Shown piece by piece: positions 1-13,091 of a stretch of DNA of 64,000 bases; position 1 is the first letter of the stretch; each line of letters starts with the position of its first letter. The translations under genes and the position numbers were made by a program. Origin of the DNA: Eledone cirrhosa (taxonomy: Eukaryota); the NCBI GenBank assembly GCA_964016885.1, contig OZ024764.1:8184001-8248000 (forward strand), in the 5' to 3' direction. The notes below the pieces were generated by a model, which was not told where the DNA came from, made no database searches, and was given only the letters and a program-made list of their open reading frames with translations.

Positions 1-647
1 GATCTGGTGAGGTTAAGACCAGATGTCAACCGAGATCTGGTGAGGTTAAGACCAGATGTCAGCCGAGATCTGGAGAAGATAGAGCCAGGTGTCAGCCAAG
101 ATCTGGTGAGGTTAGATCCAGATGTCAACCGAGATCTGGTGAGGTTAAACCCAGATGTCATCACAGATCTGGAGAACATAGACCCAGATGTCACAACAGA
201 TCTGGAGTCAGTGGAATCTGAAGAACAGGATTTTGCGCTAAACAAAATCCTGTTCCTCTCCAGCGAAGATTTCTCACAAGAGTACGCTCCCCTACCACCA
301 GCCCCTTCACCTCCTCCCCTGCATCTTCTAGTACACCAACAACAACAGCAGCAGCAACAACAACAACAACAACAACCACAAAGACAACAACAGCAACCAC
401 CACAATATCAACAACAACAACAATATCGACAACAACAATATCGACAGCAACAACAACAACCACAACAACAACCACAAAGACAACAACAACTACAGCAACA
501 ATATCGACAACAACAACAACAGCAGCAACAACAACTACAGCAGCAGTGGTGGACTTGGACCAACCCTGGAGAGGGGGCAGCACCTGTAACTGTAGAAAGG
601 AAGAACTCACAGGGATGTTTCCATGACAACTCATATAGTCCTTTCAG
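1..647 (+). CDS. Putative penultimate exon of an upstream gene (5'-truncated): 11-aa DLVRLRPDVNR-type repeats, Pro-rich stretch, polyQ tract
   Basis: Open frame from the window start with non-repetitive segments (ESVESEEQDFALNKILFLSSEDF; VERKNSQGCFHDNSYSPF). Ends at a consensus donor CAG|GTAAGT (intron starts at 648, phase 2). Confidence 0.5.
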
Positions 648-683
648 GTAAGTGCACACCTTTGTATCTACCTTAAGTCCACC

Positions 684-720
<37 letters not shown>

Positions 721-727
721 CTCTATC

Positions 728-1737
728 TTTTTTTTCAAATACCACTTTGGAAGAAGAGTCAGGATGGAGAGAGAGGTGCTGTACCCCAGCAAGTTTTATG
801 AAAGGTGGGTGAAAGTGGCGAGAATGGCTCAAGTGAATGGGCCTTCTCTCTATATCAGCCTGTAGGTTGAGGAAAGAGAGGAGGAGAGGAAAGGAGTACA
901 AACTCTTCGTACTCCTGGAGATGAGGGTTGCACATTTTTTCGTGGGTATGTGTTACCCATATGAAATGTCTCCCCCTATTGGGGAAAATCGATTAACTTT
1001 TAAATTGCATTTGTGATAGCATTTTACACGTTTTTATTGTAGGTAAACTTCCCCCTTTGTATTTGTCCCCTTCTTTTGTGCCCCTGTGGCTAATAAAGAA
1101 ACATATCTGTCTATCTATCTATCTGTCTATCTATCTATTTATGTCTCTCTCTATATCTATCTATTTATCTATCTATCTCTCTATCTATCTATCTCTCTCT
1201 ATATATATATATACCTATCTAACTATCTATCTATCTATCTCTCTAGAAATATATCTATCTATCTCTCTTTCCTCTGTGTGATAGCTATGGTGAAAGAGGT
1301 TGTATGGTGGACGAGGTTGAAAGGGCTGAGGTCAGACACCTTTTTCTCCGGCCAACAACTGATTCTTTTTTTTCAAATACCACTTTGGAAGAAGAATCAG
1401 GATGGAGAGAGAGGTGCTGTACCCCAGCAAGTTTTATGAAAGGTGGGTGAAAGTGGCGAGAATGGCCCGAGTGAATGGGCCTTCTCTCTATATCAGCCTG
1501 AGAGGAAGAGAGGAAAGGAGTACAAACTCTTCGTACTCCTGGAGATGAGGGTTACACATTTTTTTCAGGGGTATGTGTTACCCATATGTAATGTCTCCCC
1601 CCATTGGGGAAAATCGACTAATTTTTAAATTACATTTGTGATAATATTTTACACGTTTTTATTGTATGTAAACTTCCCCCTTTGTATTTGTCCCCTTCTT
1701 TTGTGCCCCTGTGGCTAATAAAGAAACATATCTGTCT
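728..1737 (+). mobile_element. Two copies (about 728-1110 and 1270-1737) of the 3' end of an L1/Tx1-like LINE
   Basis: Near-identical ~380 bp blocks. They encode ...VVWWTRLKGLRSDTFFSGQQLILFF/KYHF..RMEREVLYPSKFYERWVKVARM and end in gctaataaagaaac followed by a microsatellite. Confidence 0.55.
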
Positions 1738-2191
1738 GTCTCGTTCTCTCTAAAATCTCTCTCTCCTTATCTCATCTCGATCTCTCCCCACCACCACTCT
1801 CTCTATATATCCTTTTCTCTCTCTCTCCTCACTACCTCTCTCTCTCTATCCCTTTCTCTCTCTCTCCCCACCATCTCTCTCTCTATCCCTTTCTCTCTCT
1901 CTCCCCACCACCTCTCTCCCTCTATCCCTTTCTCTCTCTCCCCCCACCACCTCTCTATCTCCTATCTCTCTCTCTCTCCCACCTCTCTCTCTCTCTCCCA
2001 CCCACCTCTCTCTCTCCCACCCCTCTCTCTCTCTCTCCCACCTCTCTCTCTCTACCACCTCTCTCTCTCTACCAACCAACTCTTTCTCCCTTATGCTCCT
2101 GGGCCACAGCAGCTACAATAACAACAGGTTGACAACAAAAGGTGTCTCCCTACATACAACAGGACGACTATATGACACCTGTGTACAAAGT

Positions 2192-3050
2192 TTAGAGAGC
2201 TACATGGTAGTGAAACATGGGCTGTGACTGCAGGCAGAGGACATGTGTAGGCTGGAGAGAGCTACATGGTAGTGAAACATGGGCTGTGACTGCAGGCAGA
2301 GGACATGTGTAGGCTGGAGAGAGCTACATGGTAGTGAAACATGGGCTGTGACTGCAGGCAGAGGACATGTGTAGGCTGGAGAGAGCTACATGGTAGTGAA
2401 ACATGGGCTGTGACTGCAGGCAGAGGACATGTGTAGGCTGGAGAGAGCTACATGGTAGTGAAAGATGGGCTGTGACTGCAGGCAGAGGACATGTGTAGGC
2501 TGGGGAGAGTATAATAGCTAGACTTACAATAGGATGGAAGAAGTTTAGAGAGCTACATGGTAGTGTAACATGGGCTGTGTAGGCTGGGGAGAGTATAATA
2601 GCTAGATTTACAATAGGATGGAAGAAGTTTAGAGAGCTACATGGTAGTGAAACATGGGTTGTGTAGGCTGGGGAGAGTATAATAGCTAGACTTACAATAG
2701 GATGGAAGAAGAAGTTTAGAGAGCTACATGGTAGTGAAACATGGGCTGTGACTGCAGAGGACATGTGTAGGCTGGGGAGAGTATAGCAGCTAGACTTACA
2801 ATAGGATGGAAGAAGTTTAGAGAGCTACATGGTAGTGAAACATGGGCTGTGACTGCAGAGGACATGTGTAGGCTGGGGAGAGTATAATAGCTAGAATTAC
2901 AATAGGATGGAAGAAGTTTAGAGAGCTACATGGTAGTGAAACATGGGCTGTGACTGCAGAAGACATATGTAGGCTGGGGAGAGTATAATAGCTAGAATTA
3001 CAATAGGATGGAAGAAGTTTAGAGAGCTACATGGTAGTGAAACATGGGTT
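2192..3050 (+). repeat. Minisatellite (62-bp and ~100-bp units) derived from RTE LINE ORF2
   Basis: Units translate to LHGSETWAVTAEDMCRLER and ESIIARLTIGWKKFREL, matching the RTE fragments at 17030-17200 and 25041-25400. Confidence 0.8.
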
Positions 3051-3113
3051 GTGATGATGATGATGGTTATGGTGATGATGACTAAAATTAATAGTTCTTT
3101 TCTATTTCTGCAG

Positions 3114-3171
3114 GGCACAGCCAGAGAAAGACCAGACATCCCTATTCAGTATATTCGATGGAATATTCTAA
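3114..3171 (+). CDS. Putative terminal exon (R)AQPEKDQTSLFSIFDGIF*, possibly HFM1/MER3-like helicase C-terminus
   Basis: Acceptor ttcttttctatttctgcag at 3113 is phase-compatible with the donor at 648. TAA at 3169-3171. The IFDGIF* ending resembles my recollection of the vertebrate HFM1 C-terminus (not verified). Confidence 0.4.
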
Positions 3172-3369
3172 GGGACCAAAGTTTTATTGTTCAGTTTGGG
3201 TTTCTTAGGTTTGTATTTATATAGAATTTGCAGAACCTAATATAATAATGATAATAATAATGAAATTATTGTGTACAGTGCTCAGGTGCACTACAACTCA
3301 TCAAAGGTCCTGTTTCTCATGGACTCAACTCCCCTCCCCAATTTCTTTAATATAATAATGTACAAATGT

Positions 3370-3960
3370 CAGGAAAGTGAACAGTTACGAGTCATGATAT
3401 ACATGTGTGTGTGTATGGAGGGGGAATATCAGGTGTAGTGTCAGCAAATTTCAGGAGGCATGGAGGTTTTAACGGATGCAGTGTCTCGACAGCTAACAAT
3501 GATGCAGGTAGTTTGTTCCATGGAGGTTTTAAAGGATGCAGTGTCTCGACAGCTAACAACTGATGCAGGTAGTTTGTTCCATGGAGGTTTTAAAGGATGC
3601 AGTGTCTCGACAGCTAACAACTGATGCAGGTAGTTTGTTCCATGGAGGTTTTAAAGGATGCAGTGTCTCGACAGCTAACAACTGATGCAGGTAGTTTGTT
3701 CCTTGGAGGTTTTAAAGGATGCAGTGTCTCGACAGCTAACAACTGATGCAGGTAGTTTGTTCCATGCTTCAGCATCTCTGAGCGTGTAAAAATGTTTCTG
3801 AAAGTCATGGGAGCTGTGCTGTTTTCTGACTTTGTGGGCATGTCCTCATGTGTTAGAGACATGGAATTGAAAAAGGTGCTCAGGGTTGTTGTTGGCAAGA
3901 TGGTTAATAATTTTGTGGGTGTTTACCAAGTCAGTTGCCAGACGTCGGAGCTTTAGTCAG
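3370..3960 (-). mobile_element. CR1-like LINE 3' fragment with an internal 61-bp tandem amplification (~5 copies, 3460-3765)
   Basis: Minus strand encodes WNKLPASVVSCRDTASFKTS and KLRRLATDLV... The same family occurs at 41135-41350. Confidence 0.7.
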
Positions 3961-3969
3961 TTACCAGAC

Positions 3970-4037
<68 letters not shown>

Positions 4038-4748
4038 ACCAAGACTGAACAGAGTCTGATTTACCACCTCGGGTCCTGTTTCCCTCATGGACTCAACTCC
4101 CCTCCCAAATTTCTTTAATATTACACATATACTTTCGTGATTACTCCCCCCCCCCCCCCGGTCACATTCACCCCGTACGTTATCACACACACTTGTACAT
4201 TCACCCTTAGATTCTTATGGCTCTCTTACAGCTGATACAGACCAACAAAATACGCACACACGCACCTCTACTTTTCCCTTCACAGCTCTGTATACACACA
4301 CACACACCCTTATATTAACATACTTTTGCTCACAGCTTCGTACTTACAAACATCTACACACACATATCCTCTTAGCTTCGTACAGACGTATAATAACACA
4401 CACATATGTACGTGCACAAATATAGCTCAATATATAAAACGTTTTTTTTGTCCATTCCAGGTAGACGTGCTCCATCATCCACATTTCTAAAAAATATATC
4501 ATACACAAAACGCCAGCATCAACAGTTTTCCAAGAGATGTCAAAATGAATGGACCTGTTATTTTTATTTAAAAACATTTTTTTAATTTCAGCCCGCCCGT
4601 CCCTTCAATCTTTCTAATTTCTCATTACTTCTTGATGAAGGACTAGCGTCCGAAACATAAGGATCCTCTTTCTGGTATTTCAAGTGTTAAACTAATATAT
4701 TCCATCCATATACTGTACCGATTGTGTTGTTATTTCTGTTTACCTTTT

Positions 4749-4890
<142 letters not shown>

Positions 4891-5074
4891 GGATAAAACA
4901 CAGAAGAGTCTGTTTTCATTGACGAGAGCTATAAAACCACTAGCGTGAAGAACATATAAGCTATGATAGGTTTGGGAAATACTTTATAATTAAAAGGATA
5001 AATTAAAATGAAATAACCCATCTTTATAATTAAATTACACTTGTACAGACTCACTAGGAGAATGTTTCAGCAAA

Positions 5075-5455
5075 GAATCTCTGAATTGAGAGATCACAGC
5101 TCCGATACTACAGACATGTGGTTAGAATGTCTCAGGAAAGAATCTCTGGATTGAGAGATGACAGCTCTGATACTACAGACATGTGGTTAGAATGTCTGAG
5201 GAAAGAATCTCTGGATTGAGAGATCACAGCTCTGATACTACAGACATGTGGTTAGAATGTCTCAGGAAAGAATCTCTGAATTGAGAGATCACAGCTCCGA
5301 TACTACAGACATGTGGTTAGAATGTCTCAGGAAAGATTCTCTGGATTGAGAGATCACAGCTCTGATACTACAGACATGTGGTTAGAATGTCTGAGGAAAG
5401 AATCTCTGGATTGAGAGATCACAGCTCTGACACTACAGACATGTGGTTAGAAATG
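5075..5455 (+). repeat. 65-bp minisatellite (~6 copies), RTE-derived
   Basis: Unit gaatctctgaattgagagatcacagctccgatactacagacatgtggttagaatgtctcaggaaa encodes IERSQLRYYRHVVRMSQERI. It is the reverse complement of the arrays at 48982 and 53665. Confidence 0.85.
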
Positions 5456-5711
5456 TCTCTTTTATATACCAGGAAAGACCTGGTGTATATGTGAGAGATG
5501 GGGAGGGCAGGAGAGACAGTGACAGTGGGTATTTCGTTCCTCTGTGTTCGAACCTGGTGTACATGTGTGTGTAATTTTATGCTATCAACCCTTTAATCTC
5601 CTCTTTCCCCAACAAAAGGTTAAGTGGATAAAGTCCTTCATTAGTTTGACTAATGTTAGATGTCTATCTAAAACTTAGGAACGCTTTTCTATTTTATTTA
5701 CAAGGGTACAA

Positions 5712-6420
5712 GCTGTAAAGTAGTCATGTAGGTGTCACGACAAAAAAAGCACCCAGTCCACACTGCAAAGTGGTCATGTAGGTGTCACGACAAAAAAAGC
5801 ACCCAGTCCACACTGCAAAGTGGTCATGTAGGTGTCACAACAAAAAAAGCACCCAGTCCACACTGTAAAGTAGTCGTGTAGGTGTCACGACAAAAAACAC
5901 CTAGTCCACACTGTAAAGTGGTCATGTAGGTGTCACGACAAAAAGCACCCAGTCCACACTGTAAAGTGGTCATGTAGGTGTCACGACAAAAAGCACCCAG
6001 TCCACACTGTAAAATAGTCGTGTAGGTGTCTCGACAAAAAACACTCAGTCCATACTGTAAAGTGGTCATGTAGGTGTCACGACAAAAAGCACCCAGTCCA
6101 CACTGTAAAGTGGTTGTGTAGGTGTCACGACAAAAAGCACCCAGCACTCACTGTAAAGTAGTCGTGTAGGTGTCTCGACAAAAAACACCCAGTCCATACT
6201 GTAAAGTGGTTGTGTAGGTGTCACAACAAAAAGCACCCAGCACCCACTGTAAATGAGGTTGGTGTTAGGAAGGACATCCAGCTGTAGAAAGCAAGCCAAA
6301 ATCAGTTCCCGTATGAGCAAGACATGGTCACCTGACCTGGCATTGCCCACAACAGGACAACAACCCGTCTAACCCATGCTAGCGAGGAAGAATGGACCTA
6401 AAACGGCGCTGATGATGAAG
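5712..6420 (+). repeat. 48-bp minisatellite (~11 copies) running into a SINE/RTE-type 3' tail
   Basis: Unit gtaggtgtcacgacaaaaagcacccagtccacactgtaaagtggtcat continues into ...ggtgttaggaaggacatccagctgtagaa...cccatgctagc...gatgatg. Confidence 0.8.
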
Positions 6421-6499
6421 TTATATTTAAAATCTCTTAAGAAGATATAGTAATACTGAAAGTAAAAGAAATCTAATGAGAGTTGTCTCCCTTAGATTT

Positions 6500-6624
6500 A
6501 GACATGCGCAGAAATCCTTTTCTCCACTTCCGTCTTCACGACATGAAGTTGTTTATTAACCAACTAGCAATTATAATATATTTCTGTAAATATTGAAGAT
6601 CTGAAAGTATTCAATAATGTAAGT
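6500..6624 (+). promoter_or_regulatory. Putative promoter and non-coding first exon of the zinc-finger gene
   Basis: CATGCGCA (NRF1-like) and CACTTCCG (ETS-like) motifs in unique sequence, with a donor AAT|GTAAGT at 6619. A candidate acceptor tttctttattatttcag lies at 14625, upstream of the ZF ORF. Confidence 0.4.
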
Positions 6625-6952
6625 ATTATGTCTGCTAATATTGTATATTTACGTTAACACTTCTCCTTACTTGAGAAATATTTGCTTTTCTTTGTTTCTT
6701 CCATTATTGGAAAGGCGTTTGGGTGAGTCGGGCTCTTGTCTTCACTGGCGGCTCGCCTAACAGAGGTAATTGGTGATGCTTGTGAGGCCGCTTGGCTGTT
6801 CCAGCGCCTCAGTCTCGCCATCACCCGAGGTAACGCAGCGAGTGTGCTGGTTTGGCCCCAAAATTAGTAGAGAGGTTTCCCAGTGCTCCTCGGAATATTG
6901 TTATCATTTGTTTTGGTAGCGGCTCGGTTCTCCACCCCCATTCGCTTGCATT

Positions 6953-9900
6953 TTGTTGTATGTGGTCCTAGATGTGTGTATTACCTGCTTGTGTGTTGTA
7001 TGTGGTCCTAGATGTATGTATTACCTGCTTGTGTGTTGTATGTAGTCCTAGATGTATGTATTACCTGCTTGTGTGTTGTATGCAGTCCTAGATGTTTGTA
7101 TTACATGCTTATGTGTTGTATGTGGTCCTAGATGTGTGTATTACCTGCTTGTGTGTTGTATGTGGTCCTAGATGTGTGTATTACCTGCTTGTGTGTTGTA
7201 TGTGGTCCTAGATGTATGTATTACCTGCTTGTGTGTTGTATGTGGTCCTAGATGTATGTATTACCTGCTTGTGTGTTGTATGTGGTCCTAGATGTGTGTA
7301 TTACCTGCTTGTGTGTTGTATGTGGTCCTAGATGTGTGTATTACCTGCTTGTGTGTTGTATGTGGTCCTAGATGTGTGTATTACCAGCTGGTGTGTTGTA
7401 TGTGGTCCTAGATGTATGTATTACCTGCTTGTGTGTTGTATGTGGTCCTAGATGTGTGTATTACCTGCTTGTGTGTTGTATGTGGTCCTAGATGTGTGTA
7501 TTACCTGCTTGTGTGTTGTATGTGGTCCTAGATGTGTGTATTACCAGCTGGTGTGTTGTATGTGGTCCTAGATGTATGTATTACCTGCTTGTGTGTTGTA
7601 TGTGGTCCTAGATGTATGTATTACCTGCTTGTGTGTTGTATGTGGTCCTAGATGTATGTATTACCTGCTTGTGTGTTGTATGTGGTCCTAGATGTGTGTA
7701 TTACCAGCTGGTGTGTTGTATGTGGTCCTAGATGTGTGTATTACCTGCTTGTGTGTTGTATGTGGTCCTAGATGTGTGTATTACCAGCTGGTGTGTTGTA
7801 TGTGGTCCTAGATGTATGTATTACCTGCTTGTGTGTTGTATGTGGTCCTAGATGTATGTATTACCTGCTTGTGTGTTGTATGTGGTCCTAGATGTATGTA
7901 TTACCTGCTTGTGTGTTGTATGTGGTCCTAGATGTGTGTATTACCTGCTTGTGTGTTGTATGTGGTCCTAGATGTGTGTATTACCTGCTTGTGTGTTGTA
8001 TGTGGTCCTAGATGTGTGTATTACCAGCTGGTGTGTTGTATGTGGTCCTAGATGTATGTATTACCTGCTTGTGTGTTGTATGTGGTCCTAGATGTGTGTA
8101 TTACCTGCTTGTGTGTTGTATGTGGTCCTAGATGTGTGTATTACCTGCTTGTGTGTTGTATGTGGTCCTAGATGTGTGTATTACCAGCTGGTGTGTTGTA
8201 TGTGGTCCTAGATGTATGTATTACCTGCTTGTGTGTTGTATGTGGTCCTAGATGTATGTATTACCAGCTGGTGTATTGTATGTGGTCCTAGATGTATGTA
8301 TTACCAGCTGGTGTGTTGTATGTGGTCCTAGATGTATGTATTACCAGCTGGTGTGTTGTATGTGGTCCTAGATGTATGTATTACAAGCTTGTGTATTGTA
8401 TGTGGTCCTAGATGTGTGTATTACCAGCTGGTGTATTGTATGTGGTCCTAGATGTATGTATTACCAGCTGGTGTATTGTATGTGGTCCTAGATGTATGTA
8501 TTACCAGCTGGTGTGTTGTATGTGGTCCTAGATGTATGTATTACCAGCTGGTGTATTGTATGTGGTCCTAGATGTATGTATTACCAGCTGGTGTATTGTA
8601 TGTGGTCCTAGATGTATGTATTACCTGCTTGTGTGTTGTATGTGGTCCTAGATGTGTGTATTACCTGCTTGTGTGTTGTATGTGGTCCTAGATGTGTGTA
8701 TTACCTGCTTGTGTGTTGTATGTGGTCCTAGATGTGTATTACCTACTTGTGTGTTGTATGTGGTCCTAGATGTGTGTATTACCAGCTGGTGTGTTGTATG
8801 TGGTCCTAGATATATGTATTACCTGCTGGTGTGTTGTATGTGGTCCTAGATGTATGTATTACCAGCTGGTGTGTTGTATGTAGTCCTAGATATATGTATT
8901 ACCAGCTGGTGTGTTGTATGTGGTCCTAGATGTATGTATTACCAGCTGGTGTATTGTATGTGGTCCTAGATATATGTATTACCTGCTTGTGTGTTGTATG
9001 TGGTCCTAGATGTATGTATTACCAGCTGGTGTGTCGTATGTGGTCCTAGATGTATGTATTACCTGCTTGTATGGTGTATGTGGTCCTAGATGTGTGTATT
9101 ACCAGCTGGTGTGTTGTATGCGGTCCTAGATATATGTATTACCTGCTTGTGTGTTGTATGTGGTCCTAGATGTATGTATTACCAGCTGGTATGTTGTATG
9201 TGGTCCTAGATGTGTGTTTTACCTGCTGGTGTGTTGTATGTGGTCCTAGATGTGTGTATTACCAGCTTGTGTGTTGTATGTGGTCCTAGATGTGTGTATT
9301 ACCAGCTGGTGTGTTGTATGTGGTCCTAGATGTGTGTTTTACCTGCTGGTGTGTTGTATGTGGTCCTAGATGTGTGTATTACCTGCTTGTGTGTTGTATG
9401 TGGTCCTAGATGTGTGTATTACCAGCTTGTGTGTTGTATGTGGTCCTAGATGTGTGTATTACCAGCTGGTGTGTTGTATGTGGTCCTAGATGTGTGTTTT
9501 ACCTGCTGGTGTGTTGTATGTGGTCCTAGATGTGTGTATTACCTGCTTGTGTGTTGTATGTGGTCCTAGATGTGTGTATTACCAGCTGGTGTGTTGTATG
9601 TGGTCCTAGATGTGGGTATTACCAGCTGGTGTGTTGTATGTGGTCCTAGATGTATGTATTACTTGCTTGTGTGTTGTGTGTATTACCAGCTTGTGTGTTG
9701 TATGTGGTCCTAGATATATGTATTACCTGCTTGTGTGTTGTATGTGGTCCTAGATGTATGTATTACCAGCTGGTGTATTGTATGTGGTCCTAGATGTGTG
9801 TATTACCAGCTGGTGTGTTGTATGTGGTCCTAGATGTATGTATTACTTGCTTGTGTGTTGTGTGTATTACCAGCTGGTGTGTTGTATGTGGTCCTAGATG

Positions 9901-12900
9901 TATGTATTACCTGCTTGTGTGGTGTGTGTATTACCAGCTTGTGTGTTGTATGTGGTCCTAGATATATGTATTACCTGCTTGTGTGTTGTATGTGGTCCTA
10001 GATGTATGTATTACCAGCTGGTGTATTGTATGTGGTCCTAGATGTGTGTATTACCAGCTGGTGTGTTGTATGTGGTCCTAGATGTGTGTATTACCTGCTT
10101 GTGTGTTGTATGTGGTCCTAGATGTGTGTATTACCTGCTTGTGTGTTGTATGTGGTCCTAGATGTATGTATTACCAGCTGGTGTGTTGTATGTGGTCCTA
10201 GATGTATGTATTACCAGCTGGTGTGTTGTATGTGGTCCTAGTTGTGTGTATTACCAGCTGGTGTGTTGTATGTGGTCCTAGATGTATGTATTACCAGCTG
10301 GTGTGTTGTATGTGGTCCTAGTTGTGTGTATTACCAGCTGGTGTGTTGTATGTGGTCCTAGATGTGTGTATTACCTGGTTGTATGTTTTATGTGGTCCTT
10401 GATGTGTGTATTACCAGCTGGTGTGTTGTATGTGGTCCTAGATGTATGTATTACAAGCTTGTGTATTGTATGTGGTCCTAGATGTGTGTATTACCAGCTG
10501 GTGTGTTGTATGTGGTCCTAGATGTATGTATTACCTGCTTGTGTGTTGTATGTGGTCCTAGATGTATGTATTACCTGCTTGTGTGTTGTATGTGGTCCTA
10601 GATGTATGTATTACCTGCTTGTGTGTTGTATGTGGTCCTAGATGTATGTATTACCTGCTTGTGTGTTGTATGTGGTCCTAGATGTATGTATTACCTGCTT
10701 GTGTGTTGTATGTGGTCCTAGATGTGTGTATTACCTGCTTGTGTGTTGTATGTGGTCCTAGATGTGTGTATTACCTGCTTGTGTGTTGTATGTGGTCCTA
10801 GATGTGTGTATTACCAGCTGGTGTGTTGTATGTGGTCCTAGATGTATGTATTACCTGCTTGTGTGTTGTATGTGGTCCTAGATGTGTGTATTACCTGCTT
10901 GTGTGTTGTATGTGGTCCTAGATGTGTGTATTACCTGCTTGTGTGTTGTATGTGGTCCTAGATGTGTGTATTACCAGCTGGTGTGTTGTATGTGGTCCTA
11001 GATGTATGTATTACCTGCTTGTGTGTTGTATGTGGTCCTAGATGTATGTATTACCAGCTGGTGTATTGTATGTGGTCCTAGATGTATGTATTACCAGCTG
11101 GTGTGTTGTATGTGGTCCTAGATGTATGTATTACCAGCTGGTGTGTTGTATGTGGTCCTAGATGTATGTATTACAAGCTTGTGTATTGTATGTGGTCCTA
11201 GATGTGTGTATTACCAGCTGGTGTATTGTATGTGGTCCTAGATGTATGTATTACCAGCTGGTGTATTGTATGTGGTCCTAGATGTATGTATTACCAGCTG
11301 GTGTGTTGTATGTGGTCCTAGATGTATGTATTACCAGCTGGTGTATTGTATGTGGTCCTAGATGTATGTATTACCAGCTGGTGTATTGTATGTGGTCCTA
11401 GATGTATGTATTACCTGCTTGTGTGTTGTATGTGGTCCTAGATGTGTGTATTACCTGCTTGTGTGTTGTATGTGGTCCTAGATGTGTGTATTACCTGCTT
11501 GTGTGTTGTATGTGGTCCTAGATGTGTATTACCTGCTTGTGTGTTGTATGTGGTCCTAGATGTGTGTATTACCAGCTGGTGTGTTGTATGTGGTCCTAGA
11601 TATATGTATTACCTGCTGGTGTGTTGTATGTGGTCCTAGATGTATGTATTACCAGCTGGTGTGTTGTATGTAGTCCTAGATATATGTATTACCAGCTGGT
11701 GTGTTGTATGTGGTCCTAGATGTATGTATTACCAGCTGGTGTATTGTATGTGGTCCTAGATATATGTATTACCTGCTTGTGTGTTGTATGTGGTCCTAGA
11801 TGTATGTATTACCAGCTGGTGTGTCGTATGTGGTCCTAGATGTATGTATTACCTGCTTGTATGGTGTATGTGGTCCTAGATGTGTGTATTACCAGCTGGT
11901 GTGTTGTATGCGGTCCTAGATATATGTATTACCTGCTTGTGTGTTGTATGTGGTCCTAGATGTATGTATTACCAGCTGGTATGTTGTATGTGGTCCTAGA
12001 TGTGTGTTTTACCTGCTGGTGTGTTGTATGTGGTCCTAGATGTGTGTATTACCAGCTTGTGTGTTGTATGTGGTCCTAGATGTGTGTATTACCAGCTGGT
12101 GTGTTGTATGTGGTCCTAGATGTGTGTTTTACCTGCTGGTGTGTTGTATGTGGTCCTAGATGTGTGTATTACCTGCTTGTGTGTTGTATGTGGTCCTAGA
12201 TGTGTGTATTACCAGCTTGTGTGTTGTATGTGGTCCTAGATGTGTGTATTACCAGCTGGTGTGTTGTATGTGGTCCTAGATGTGTGTTTTACCTGCTGGT
12301 GTGTTGTATGTGGTCCTAGATGTGTGTATTACCTGCTTGTGTGTTGTATGTGGTCCTAGATGTGGGTATTACCAGCTGGTGTGTTGTATGTGGTCCTAGA
12401 TATATGTATTACCTGCTTGTGTGTTGTATGTGGTCCTAGATGTATGTATTACCAGCTGGTGTATTGTATGTGGTCCTAGATGTGTGTATTACCAGCTGGT
12501 GTGTTGTATGTGGTCCTAGATGTATGTATTACTTGCTTGTGTGTTGTGTGTATTACCAGCTGGTGTGTTGTATGTGGTCCTAGATGTATGTATTACCTGC
12601 TTGTGTGGTGTGTGTATTACCAGCTGGTGTATTGTATGTGGTCCTAGATGTATGTATTACCTGCTTGTGTGTTGTATGTGGTCCTAGACGTGTGTATTAC
12701 CAGCTGGTGTGTTGTATGTGGTCCTAGATGTGTGTATTACCAGCTGGTGTGTTGTATGTGGTCCTAGATGTGTGTATTACCTGCTTGTGTGTTGTATGTG
12801 GTCCTAGATGTGTGTATTACCTGCTTGTGTGTTGTATGTGGTCCTAGATGTATGTATTACCAGCTGGTGTGTTGTATGTGGTCCTAGATGTATGTATTAC

Positions 12901-13091
12901 CAGCTGGTGTGTTGTATGTGGTCCTAGATGTATGTATTACCAGCTGGTGTGTTGTATGTGGTCCTAGTTGTGTGTATTACCAGCTGGTGTGTTGTATGTG
13001 GTCCTAGATGTGTGTATTACCTGGTTGTATGTTTTATGTGGTCCTTGATGTGTGTATTACCTGGTTGTGTGTTTTATGTGGTCCTAGATGT
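6953..13091. repeat. 40-bp satellite array (~150 copies)
   Basis: Unit tgtggtcctagatgt(g/a)tgtattacc(tgctt/agctg)gtgtgttgta repeated for about 6.1 kb. Confidence 0.97.

Noticed and set aside
6953-13091. CRISPR-like regular repeats (also 36220-37819 and 58945-61762)
   Set aside because: No unique spacers and no cas genes, in a eukaryotic intron context. These are head-to-tail satellites.
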